Source: Macrostomum hystrix (lineage: Eukaryota; Animalia; Platyhelminthes). Taken from it: 64,000 nucleotides of DNA. Of the stretch, positions 36,880 through 47,866 are shown piece by piece. The notes below the pieces were generated by a model. That model made no database searches, had not been told where the DNA came from, and worked only from the letters and a program-made list of their open reading frames with translations. Made by a program: the position numbers and the translations under genes. The number at the start of each line of letters is the position of its first letter. Position 1 is the stretch's first letter. The stretch is taken from NCBI GenBank assembly GCA_950097015.1, contig CATNEN010000001.1, positions 3,534,001 through 3,598,000 of the forward strand, in the 5' to 3' direction.

Positions 36880-38318
36880 TAGCTCAGCTGCCTACCCTGA
36901 AGCTCCACTGCCTGCCCTGTAGCTCTGCTGCCTGCCCTGAAGCTCGGCTGCCTACCATGAAGCTCCGCCACCTGCCCTGAAGCTCCGCCACCTGCCCTGA
37001 AGCTCGGCTGCCTACCATGAAGCTCCGCCACCTGCCCTGAAGCTCCGCTCTGAAGCTCCGCTGCATGCCCTGAAGCCCTGCTGCTTTACACAAAAAGTCC
37101 CTATTTTTTTAAGCTTCACTGCCTTTTCTAAACTAAAGCTTTGCTATTGATCCCTAAACTTAAAAGGGCTCAAATGGGCGGCTAAAGCTCTTACTAAGTA
37201 GCTAAATAATAAAAGAAAAGAGCATTATACAAAACTAATATATTAAATATTTTTAAGAATGAAAAACAGTAGGAATAGCTAGTATAAAAACTTTATAAAC
37301 CTGCTACTTTATAACTACTTTATAAACCTGAGCTTATAAAAATTTCTAATCTTGAAAATTAAATAAGTCAATAATTACTTAATTAGTAATAATTATGTAC
37401 TTAGGCCTAGCTATTAAATAAACTTTTGTATCAATAAGAAACAACATGGCTAATTAATACATTGAATATATATTTATATACATTTGCATAAAATTATAAG
37501 GCTAAGATTTTTTGTGGGGAAAAACAATAGGCCTATACTATAGCATCTTCTTATATACTAAAAATGAAATGCTTGGTTACTTTAATAGCTAAAAAGCAAG
37601 TATGATATTTTTGAATTAAAAAAGTTCCATAAAACTTGCATTTCTATATTAAATGCCTAAGAAGTTTGAAACTTTTTAGCTAGGCCTACTACTTTTAGCT
37701 AATCGAGTGTCCTGTCCTAGCAATTGTAGCACATGGAAAATTTGGTAAATGGTAGGCCTAATGAAACCACAATTCAAAACTTATTTATGGAACATTCCAG
37801 TTAAATGGGTTGTATATTTGAATTATAAAAAAGAATCAATTGCAAAGGCTATTTAGTGTTTTTTATCAAAATAGCTGATAACTTTCTTCATAGAGTGTGT
37901 AGACAATTTTACTGATAGGCATGCATCTACCCATTTAGCAACCTGTCAAATACTTGGCAATTGGCAATCAACTTTATAGCTAAATATTCTATTTAAAAAG
38001 CTGCCATCTTCTACTGCATGATTAGAACATGATTAGCAAATTATTAGAACAATTCTTTCAAAGCTCTAATTCGTCCCTTTTTACTAATACTACCTAGCTT
38101 TAACTGGAAAAATTCCGTTCCTATTTCCCATTATATAAAAAATTCTCTATTTAAAACGCTGCCATATCTTGAGCCATCGGAAGTGCTGTATCTAAATACA
38201 TTATAAAGCCTAATTGGCTATAGCGAACATGATCTTTGATCATCGATCATGTTCGCTGAGCCAAATAGGCGGCGTTACTGTCATGATCGTAAAGGCTCTA
38301 AGGCTGTAAACACGGGTG
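36880..38318 (-). repeat. Right terminal inverted repeat, including about 8-9 units of the 20-bp satellite
   Basis: Reverse complement of the left end; satellite units at 36880-37060. Confidence 0.95.
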
Positions 38319-39841
38319 TCGGAGTTGTCCGCCATGTTGTTTTTAGCTTTTTCAAATTTTAATTTTGAACTGAATTTTTATTAATTTTGTAATTTAATTT
38401 TCTCTTTGAGTTCAACTGAAAGTGAAAGGCAGGTAAATCGGGACAAAAAAGTACAAGATTGTACCAATTGCAATCATTCCACATCACTGTTACTTTTTCT
38501 AGATTATTGCCACTTTGGTAGCTAATTTCGTTCTTCGTAAATCGTAATTAAGGTTAAAAAGGAAAATATTTGTATTGTTTACTTCACTCTTCACTTAGTT
38601 TTGGACAAATCAGAGTCATTTGCACAAGGTAATTAAAAACTCGATAAATGTCTAAACAATGTCAGTTGGAAAATAACATATGTCGCTATATGGCAAAATT
38701 ACATGGTTAATATGATGTAATATAACACTCTAGATAGCTAGTATTGAATAGGAAATATTATCTGTCTATCTTTGGCAGGTTAGAAACTAGTTAACTCGGC
38801 AGTAAACCAGTACTATAGCTAGTGCCTATAAGCATTTACTCATATTTAGTTTACATTGAAGATAGGTTAATCCAAAATTTTGTTAGAGGTTGTGCCAGTG
38901 TGTATTAAATTAGAAACAGTTGTCCGACTATAATATTCACTTTTATTTATTAAGTTCTGCTGCTAGTTTCTTTGCATTTCTTGCTTAACTGTGTACCAAG
39001 CTCTGCAACTTTTTATGAAGCAACACAGTCACTAATTTCATTTGGTCTTTAGACCTAGCCTCCTAGCCTACTTCCAGAGTCAAAAAGGTGGCTCTGTGTA
39101 CCAGAAAGAAATTATAAACAATGTAATATGTGACATGCACCACCAATATAAGTAACTTTAACATTGAGTCAAGTAGGCTTTGGTAAATAGTAAATAAAGT
39201 AAATAGTTAAAAGGGCAAGATCTCAAAAAAACTAATGCATACTCTTTGCACATAAAGGCTTCTTTCCAGTGGACCTTGAACTTAAGATCAATATTTATAT
39301 CGTAAATAGTGAAATTGAAATCTTGAAATCAATCACTTGAGAGGGTATTAGACTGAGATTAGTGGCAATCCATTGGAGGATTAGAGAAGTCCATGCTGGT
39401 ATCAGTATCAGACAGGCTGATCATCTAGGCAGAATAGCTGCAGCTGGACACTGCAGCATGACAGTCTGGCCCTGGCAAAGCTGAGCAAACTGCCACCCCA
39501 AGTCTGCCAATCTTTGTCACATTCCATGGAGTCCATGGGTGGCAGTAATGTGTTAATTTGTGAGAGTGAGAAAAAGGGATTTGTGTGCAAATTTTTAAGT
39601 AAATGTTCAATTCTTTATATTCAAGCAAGTGTATAGAAATGACGCCCAAGTGCAGGTCAGCATCTCCACAGACTGTAGTTACATGGCCACAATACTTGTG
39701 GGAATATATGTTGAATATAAGTGCTATGATTTCATTGTAGAATATATAAAACTTAATAGTATTAAATAGAAAACAGTTGTCTGTCTACAATATTAAATAC
39801 TGTAGAGCAATGATTATAAATTACTTTCTCATTTCCAGACA

Positions 39842-42289
39842 ATGTATCGCGGCATCGAACTGAAGCGTGTTGTCAAAGCTACACTGCAAACTGGCTGTCG
39901 TGGGCGACCCAGAAAGATTAAGACAATCATTAGCGGCCGAAATCGAGGCTCAACATCTCGGCGTCCTGTGTCTGAAACTACTCCTGTTCCAGTGGAAGCT
40001 AGCACCGAGAATGATGTCGGTATGCCTGAGTCTTTTGCTCCTACAGTAGAAGATGTTGAATGGGTAGATTTTGACAGCTTTGCTGAGAAATACAGAGGTA
40101 GTTACGAGAAGCATTTTCTCTTAAATCTGTGTTCCTCTTGCTATGAGCACGAAGGTGTATATCGATGTGTTACTTGTCGACTTAGCTTATGTGCCAGCTG
40201 TAAGAATGAGACGCATAAAAAGTTTTCAGCCCACAAGTTTCTCATATGGAATAAGGAGAGTCTAATGTTTCAGGAACTGGATGCTACTCACGATGCTTTT
40301 GAAATGTTTTGCTGCGCTTCTAGTAAATTGAATCTGAATGTCTGTGCGGCTACAAAAGTTGACCTTATAGATCTGGCTGGAAGCGTAAAGGTTATTTTTA
40401 TTACCTGCGACTCCTGTGATCTTATTGGTGCACTCCTTTCTCAAGGGTTCTTCCCTTGTTGCGAAGGGTCAAAGCCTGATTCAGATGGGTATGCATTCTT
40501 TTCTTTTACCTTTTTGTCCCTGCTAGACAGTTTGTGTATGACTGGGCAGTTGCCTGTTCACAGAGCGGTCAGTACACTGCTCATTGGGCCAACTCTGGGA
40601 CAAGGTACATATAATTTGGCTCTAGTAAAAAGCACTTATTAACGCATTCAACGACATGATGTTTTGCTGTGGTTTCGCCACCTGCAAATGGCCTCAGCAA
40701 AATGGCCAAATAATTGTCTTCTCTGTCCAGATAATCACGCTGTGCGCAAAACTGTTGTCTGTGCAGATGCTCTATTTGGTTGGCAGCGCTTTAAAGCCAG
40801 GGGGCGTACACAACTGGAAATACCATCAGATGGTCGTCCATTACCTACGCCGCTTGTCTATGTAGATATTAAAGCGGATGTGCCAAAAAATCGAGCAGAG
40901 GAACAGAATTGTCCTAATTGGAAGGCCGGTGCTCATGAGCCATTAAGCCGTGAGCAGAGACATGATGTCACGGGTTTCTTTGGATTATTCTGTCGTCACA
41001 ATCGCCTTTTGTGTGGCTCAAATATCACAACTGGTGGAGAAAAGTTTTGCTACCTGGAACAGTGCCTTGAACACTTTCTGCGAAACGTCAAAGTGTCTAA
41101 GGAATTACTTGTCGTATATGACGTGGGTAAGTTTATTATTAATTTATAAAATGCGTACAATCTATGAAATACTGTTGCTTGTGTACAGTTATATGACAAC
41201 ATGACTTACTCTTTATCCCAATTCACAGGCTGTCGCGTATCCAGCCGGGTTACGTCCGCTATTGCGAAGTCTGGTGCCAACATTCAAGCGAGTAGCTGTG
41301 CAATAAACGCTTTTCATGCTCTTGGTCACCTGCCCAGTTGTCAAAAAAAGTTTTCTGTTCGCGTTACTCCAGGCGCAGGTCTATGCGATGGAGAGAATAC
41401 TGAGCGAGCCTGGTCTCAACTCAGGCCGTTCGGTAAGTTTTTAAAGTACATGCGAAAAGACCGACGAGCACAATACATGGCGCATATTCTATACTTCTTT
41501 AATGCACAACAGCTTCTTAGCGCATCTGGGTGGTTTACACAACGTATTAAGCTTATGGTAGGTGCGGGAAAAAGCATTCTAAGTGAACTAAAAGAGCTAC
41601 AAAGCCAGTCTGCGATTTTGCAGCACTCGGGGGTCCTAAATGACAGTCTGGTCATCTCTGAGGATGAAATTTTGGATTTAGGCTCCCAATGGTATGAAGA
41701 TTCCCTCCGAGTAGCTGTACACAACTCGGAAGATGATATCCTATGTGAGCTACGCGCTCTTGCAGTGCACAGAGATCATTGGAGTAAACAGGTTGGTAAG
41801 TCAGTTGGCCAAAGTCAAACCAGAATGTGCTTGCGAAAGGTTAAAAGTTATGCATCCGACATGAAAAAACTCTACGCTCGTCTTCCAATTGAAGACAGAG
41901 CTTCTTTCGATGAATATAAAAAACCGCGTAGTGCGAAATATGAACATTTGTCTGGAACCGACCTTTCCATCCGATTTCGTCAGCGGGCTATAGACGTCAG
42001 TAACAAATATAAACGCCTAAAAGAAGAAGCGCATATTATTTCAGATGAGTGGGTTGACCTTCAGGTTAATTTGCAGAGCCTCTGTGATGACTTAGCGAAT
42101 CAGCCGGGCTTAGCCGCTCAATTTCGGGAATTGTTTAGAAGACTGCTTGAAGATGTTGCAAGTAAAAGCGTGACTGATGCTTTAAAATATCTTCTTGCGA
42201 ATAAGTTCTCCCTCAGCACACTGAGTCAGAGCGCTAATGAAGCGGTTGCTTCAGAAGATTCGGAGTCTTCTGATAGCGACTCCGATTAA
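39842..42289 (+). pseudogene. Second KDZ transposase (CxC + KDZ domain) with one intron and one in-frame TAA
   Basis: ORFs 39842 and 40664 share a frame and are separated by TAA at 40640-40642. Intron 41127-41228 restores YDVGCR. Motifs CADALFG, CPNWKAG, GFFGLFCRH, GEKFCY, AFHALGH..SCQ, GLCDGENTERAWS, and an acidic C-terminus. Confidence 0.9.
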
Positions 42290-42361
42290 GTATCCAACCA
42301 GTGTACTGATGATTCCACCGTTACTTGTGTTTTTAATTGAAGTCAAGCGCTGCCTTGTAAA

Positions 42362-43039
42362 GTCACTCTGCACCTACTTTTGTGTGGGTGCTGTGAAGCG
42401 TTAAGTTTAAGATCGCTAAAATTAATACCAGTAAGCCCAAAATTTGGACACATTTCTTTCAACTAGCAAATTTTTTGCAGGTCACTTTGCACATGCAATA
42501 CAATGTGCTGTGAAGCGTTAAGTTTAAGAGCGCTAAAATGAATACCAGTAAGCCCAAAGTTTGGACACATAGTTCTTTCAACTAGCAAAATTATACAGGT
42601 CACTTTGCACATGCAATTCAATGTGCTGTGAAGCGCTACATTTTAAAGCGCTATGAGCCCATGTGTCAGCCTTCTCGCGGCGGACTCGTTGAGCGCGAAT
42701 AAAATCTGCTAATTACCGTGCGCTGCCAATCTTACCGTGCATGTTTGCACTATCCAGCGGACTGGCAGTGTACTTACGTTAGTTGTTTTTATTCGTGGGA
42801 CTAATGACACTATTAAATTCGTTCATTTATCAGCTTTTCCGTTCAATTCCGTTTTATTATTATTATATAGCTCACAGTTTCATTGTCTGTCTAATAAATG
42901 GAGGGGCTCCTAAACAGTGTTTCTCGTTCTTATTTTTTTCATTGCTTGCCGTGCCTGATAAACATGTTTTCCTTTTTTAGCATTTACATACTTGCGCCTA
43001 TATACGTCACCGATTTCAGCGAAACGCAGGCAACTTAAA
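42362..43039 (+). repeat. Non-coding module copy 1 (putative promoter/leader), with internal duplication of about 118 bp
   Basis: Near-identical to 44207-44768 and 45625-46070; ends about 50 nt before the ATG at 43089. Confidence 0.92.
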
Positions 43040-43088
43040 TAAACTCTTTAAAAAATCAAAATTCAGATTTCAAAAATTAAAAGACAGC

Positions 43089-44101
43089 ATGCCCACTGAT
43101 AAGCTCGATTGTCCGTTATGTCTTCCTGGTTTATCTGCCTATTCGGCCAGACCTGACAGGCTCGCTCTGCATATTGAAACGCATCATCCAAACGCGAAAG
43201 GGAAGACGGAATGCATCATTCAATATCTACGTTGGTCGAAGAAGGCCGATGCAAAATTGTGCCAGCTATGCGATACATTCTATGTACATTTGCGGCAGCA
43301 CTATAAGCTGATTCACACCATCGAATTCCGGCGACTTAACACTTTGCTGACAGGTCAACCAGCCATGCGACTCGCGCGAAAGCGTGGTGTTAAACGTTTT
43401 GGTGAAATATTCTGGTGGTTTACTTCCAATCAGCCGTTGCCAAAGTATCCGTCCTCAGATGGCGACTGTGTTGGAAAGCTGGAAGAACAAAGGTAATTAA
43501 TTTGTGAAGGGCATGTCACGATCTCATTTAAAGCTTAGTTACGTAAAATGCAAACTGCCTGTGCCATCTGTATTTTCTAAGTCTTGTCAACACTTCCCAC
43601 AGGCGCTGCGAATCTTCTGCTGGCCAACGATCATGCATAGATGTCTACAGGAAAAGTTCAAATTTCGTCCCAGCCAAGGTTTTAGTGAAGCCTTCTGGTA
43701 AGAAGGGTCTCGGTATTTTTGCTGGTGAACTAATTAGAGCTGATTCATTCGTGTGCTTCTATGGTGGCACCGTAATATCTAGAAAACAAGGACTCGCCAG
43801 AGAGCAGGAGAGGGCATCTAAAGGCGAGTCACCTTGTTTTGCGTTTTTCTTTTTTTATGGCTCCCAATCGCTTTGCGAAGATGCTACTGATAGTTTTTCC
43901 CTTGGTCGGTTTATTAATCACAGTCGGTTGACTCCAAATCTAATGCCAAGGGCGATACCACCATGTAAAGAAATCGGACGGAACGTCTGCAGGATCGCTT
44001 TTTTTGCTATTCGGGACATTCTAGAAGGGCAAGAATTGCTCTTCGATTATTCTGAAACTGACGAAGAGTGTCTAAAGAGGTTTCCCTGGCTGCAATCTTA
44101 A
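43089..44101 (+). CDS. Double C2H2 zinc finger fused to a SETD8/PR-Set7-like SET lysine methyltransferase domain, about 300 aa, two exons
   Basis: Exons 43089-43492 and 43603-44101 are joined in frame by a GTAATT...CCCACAG intron. SET motifs KGLGIFA, VCFYGG, EDAT..SLGRFINHS, FAIRDILEGQELLFDY and the SETD8-type end FPWLQS. Confidence 0.88.
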
Positions 44102-44197
44102 AAGTTCAAAAAATTGTACCAACTAGTCACTGCTAATCATTTTGAATTTGTTGCACATGCGTCAGACAAATTTCTTCAAAACTTGTCGCATAAAACA

Positions 44198-44768
44198 TTA
44201 CAGCAGGTCACTCTGCACCTACTTTTGTGTGGGTGCTGTGAAGCGTTAAGTTTAAGAGCGCTAAAATGAATACCAGTAAGCCCAAAGTTTGGACACATAG
44301 TTCTTTCAACTAGCAAAATTTTTACAGGTCACTTTGCACATGCAATTCAATGTGCTGTGAAGCGCTACATTTTAAAGCGCTATGAGCCCATGTGTCAGCC
44401 TTCTCGCGGCGGACTCGTTGAGCGCGAATAAAATCTGCTAATTACCGTGCGCTGCCAATCTTACCGTGCATGTTTGCACTATCCAGCGGACTGGCAGTGT
44501 ACTTACGTTAGTTGTTTTTATTCGTGGGACTAATGACACTATTAAATTCGTTCATTTATCAGCTTTTCCGTTCAATTCCGTTTTATTATTATTATATAGC
44601 TCACAGTTTCATTGTCTGTCTAATAAATGGAGGGGCTCCTAAACAGTGTTTCTCGTTCTTATTTTTTTCATTGCTTGCCGTGCCTGATAAACATGTTTTC
44701 CTTTTTTAGCATTTACATACTTGCGCCTATATACGTCACCGATTTCAGCGAAACGCAGGCAACTTAAA
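44198..44768 (+). repeat. Non-coding module copy 2
   Basis: Near-identical to copy 1 apart from the internal duplication; ends about 40 nt before the ATG at 44810. Confidence 0.92.
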
Positions 44769-44809
44769 AAAAACTTTAAACTTCAAACTGTAAACACACA
44801 AAACTCACC

Positions 44810-45544
44810 ATGCCCAACAAACACGCGAAAGTGTCCTGTCTTGTCTGTTCCAATTGGACTGGTCGATCCTACATGCTTTGGAGGCATTGCGAGAAAAGGC
44901 ACCCCGCTCTGGAGGATGACAGGATTCAGGCGATGATTGACTTCGCGAAGGCGACTTCAAAAGCGAAGCCGGTGTGTCTCTGTCCGATATGCGGGGCTCT
45001 GATTTCTCACCAAAGAGCGCATTTTAAGAGATGCCACGTACCTGAATATGGCTCTACATACCGCCGCAAAGCCCTCTCGGGTCGTGCGGCTGTCCTGAAA
45101 TTACGCGAATCAGGTTCGCGGCGTGTAGCAGAACTTCACAAACTTGCTACAGAAGAAAAGCATCCACTCCAATACATGGAACTTGAGTTCGCTGCTAGTC
45201 AGCTATCTATCCTGGTTGAGATGTACAAGGATATCGGCGAGGTACAAATTACATCAGCAACTAGCCAAGAGACGAGTGCGTCAACAAAACTTCCCGCAGA
45301 ACAGCAGCAGCAGGAAGAGCGCTGCAACTCTTCTGAAGGTGCTCCTAAAAGTCCTAAACCTACGCCAGAAACTCATCGAGTTCCAGCTAAAATCTGTCGA
45401 AACCCATTACCATTTGTGATTCCTCCAAGAGTCCCTTATTGCGTCAAACCCTTACCGCCTATTGTCTTGCGTAAATCTGCTACCAACTTGACCCGATATA
45501 ACCCGAAAATTCCCACCTCGTCTCCCATAAAATTTGCTACCTGA
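44810..45544 (+). CDS. Double C2H2 zinc-finger protein with Pro-rich tail, 244 aa; paralog of 43089 lacking SET
   Basis: CLVC-x12-H-x4-HP ... CPIC-x9-H-x4-H. Shares LSGRAAV/LTGQPAM and EERCNSS/QRRCESS with the ZnF-SET gene. Confidence 0.78.
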   Translation: MPNKHAKVSCLVCSNWTGRSYMLWRHCEKRHPALEDDRIQAMIDFAKATSKAKPVCLCPICGALISHQRAHFKRCHVPEYGSTYRRKALSGRAAVLKLRESGSRRVAELHKLATEEKHPLQYMELEFAASQLSILVEMYKDIGEVQITSATSQETSASTKLPAEQQQQEERCNSSEGAPKSPKPTPETHRVPAKICRNPLPFVIPPRVPYCVKPLPPIVLRKSATNLTRYNPKIPTSSPIKFAT

Positions 45545-45614
45545 GGTCTTCCTTTTGGAACAAAATACCATACCAACCCTATCCCATGGAAAAATTGGTA
45601 TATCGACAGAGCCA

Positions 45615-46070
45615 ATTACAGCAAGTCACTCTGCACCTACTTTTGTGTGGGTGCTGTGAAACGTTAAGTTTAAGAGCGCTAAAATGAATACCAGTAAGCC
45701 CAAAGTTTGGACACATAGTTCTTTCAACTAGCAAAATTTTTACAGGTCACTTTGCACATGCAATTCAATGTGCTGTGAAGCGCTACATTTTAAAGCGCTA
45801 TGAGCCCATGTGTCAGCCTTCTCGCGGCGGACTCGTTGAGCGCGAATAAAATCTGCTAATTACCGTGCGCTGCCAATCTTACCGTGCATGTTTGCACTAT
45901 CCAGCGGACTGGCAGTGTACTTACGTTAGCTGTTTTTTTTCGTGGGACTAATGACACTATTAAATTCGTTCATTTATCAGCTTTTCCGTTCAATTCCGTT
46001 TTATTATTATTATATAGCTCACAGTTTCATTGTCTGTCTAATAAATGGAGGGGCTCCTAAACAGTGTTTC
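45615..46070 (+). repeat. Non-coding module copy 3 (last about 110 bp replaced)
   Basis: Near-identical to copy 2 up to CCTAAACAGTGTTTC, then unrelated. Confidence 0.92.
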
Positions 46071-46342
46071 GCGTTTTCGTTTTTAATTGCTTGTTTTTTA
46101 GATGCGCTTTCTTTCTGCTCATTAGTTGGCTGTGCAGGGAACAACTAGGACAAATGGAGATAGATGTGCATTTGAGAATAGACTGCCTGCTTTATACAAT
46201 TATATGCATGGCAGATCAATGTCCTTATTAGCGTTTATATATTAGCGTTCACGCCTTCATTTAGGGTCTAGCTTTAATTGTCAACGTTTCAAACTTCAAT
46301 CTCGAATAAATTTCAGGCCAGCATCACTTCCATTGAAAGTTG

Positions 46343-46876
46343 ATGACACCTCCCAACATTCACGCCGCGATTACGTGTCTTCAGTGCCACTGGAGTGGCA
46401 GGGCGTCAGGTTTTAAACAGCATTGCCGCGGAGCTCATCCGGACCTATCTGAAAGGCGAATCGACGCCAACCTTCGCTACTGTCGCCTACAACATAAGCT
46501 GGAGTTGTCTCCTATTTTTTATCTCTGTCCATATTGCTCTACTATCACTTCGGGATTCGATATGCACATGCTCATTCACAATCGCGGGAGAAGAGGAGGC
46601 GATAGAATCATCATCACGACTGAGGACTTCAAAGCTGCTAACCTTGCTGCATTAAGTTTCATTGACGAGCTACGCAACATCGCTGTTGGTGGTAAAACTC
46701 CTGCCAACGAAATATCGCCGGCTCTTCCAGCAGCTGGTCAACCTACGAGTGCTCATTCAGTTGATTTAAATCCACAGGTGCCTGGGGCCCAAGACTACAG
46801 TTGTAATCAACGCTCCGCTGCAGCTTTAAGCTACAATTCTGATGTCAACAGGATGACGTGCGCGATGTCAACATGA
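46343..46876 (+). CDS. Double C2H2 zinc-finger protein, 177 aa, third paralog
   Basis: CLQC-x11-H-x4-HP ... CPYC-x9-H-x3-H. WSGRAS...HPDLSERRIDA aligns with WTGRSY...HPALEDDRIQA of 44810. A TTTCAG acceptor-like site lies at 46311-46316. Confidence 0.72.
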   Translation: MTPPNIHAAITCLQCHWSGRASGFKQHCRGAHPDLSERRIDANLRYCRLQHKLELSPIFYLCPYCSTITSGFDMHMLIHNRGRRGGDRIIITTEDFKAANLAALSFIDELRNIAVGGKTPANEISPALPAAGQPTSAHSVDLNPQVPGAQDYSCNQRSAAALSYNSDVNRMTCAMST

Positions 46877-47296
46877 TGACGTGCGCGAGCATTCAACACA
46901 ATGGAAATGACGATCCATACAATTTTTTAGGCGGTGTTTCTGGTCTTTCAACCATTGTGACCAATCTTTGAAGAAGCATTTGGCTAACGCTATTTTAGCG
47001 TTTAGAAATATTTGCACAAATAAAGGTACGTGGCTACGCACTTCTACGCCTTTAGCCTTGTCTAATGTCATTTTTCAATTCCCTCCAGTCGTCCAAGGCG
47101 TTTTGTTGTTATGCGAACTCGGCCAATCTGACTTCATAATTGCTTCATATGCGTTCATATGCATACAAGTGTCAATGCTCATATGCGTGTGTACACCTTT
47201 CGTGTCTGCTTACCTGCAATCCTACTTGTGCATGTATTTGACTTACCTATAGTCATTACGCTTAGCTAGAGTAATTTAGCCCAGGTGTGGCAACAA

Positions 47297-47480
47297 TGGT
47301 CAGAGGAGAGCTAGAGTCAAACTGTTCAGAATATGTTCCGATGACTAAATTATTCAGTTTTCCCTGGTAGTCATGCAATTTCTTGGATGGTCAGAGGAGA
47401 GCTAGAGTCAAACTGTTCAGAATATGTTCCGATGACTAAATTATTCAGTTTTCCCTGGTAGTCATGCAATTTCTTCAATG
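47297..47480. repeat. 90-bp tandem duplication
   Basis: ATGGTCAGAGGAGAGCTAGAGTC...GCAATTTCTT twice. Confidence 0.9.
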
Positions 47481-47866
47481 GTCGTGCTCCCTTGCAAACG
47501 AGCAGCGGAGTGAGAGGAGAGAGTTCTGAAGTTCTAAACGCGTTTGACAATGATAAAATCTCAAACTCTAATTCCTGCTTTCTTTATGCTCACTGTGCAT
47601 GCACTGTATGTGTTTTTACGTGAGGGTCTGTACTTTGTTCAATTAATGTTTCTGTCTAACTAGGACTTTTCACCAATTCTTTTCCGTGTCAAACTTCAGG
47701 GAAAATACATAAGCTAATTTATCAAAACATATCAGCGCATCTCATTGGCAAAACTTGTGCCGCACAGGCACGGCATAGGTGACCTGCTGCAAGGTCACCA
47801 TGTTGCAATACTGAATAAAATTACTATTATGTTATTATTATTACTTCTTTCTTGGAATCACAGGGT

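Larger units (their letters stand above)
16997..38318 (-). mobile_element. 21.3-kb KDZ-superfamily DNA transposon with long TIRs
   Basis: Starts CACCCGTGTTTACAGCC and ends GGCTGTAAACACGGGTG. Flanked by the direct repeat TCGGAGT (16990-16996, 38319-38325), or 8 bp GTCGGAGT if the last G is assigned to the TSD. Encodes a KDZ transposase. Confidence 0.93.

Noticed and set aside
42783-46148. Three near-identical 65-68 aa hydrophobic ORFs (MFLFVGLMTLLNSF...)
   Set aside because: They lie in the AT-rich repeated module, the listed starts are TTG/GTG, and their identity is explained by the DNA repeat; there is no evidence of coding.
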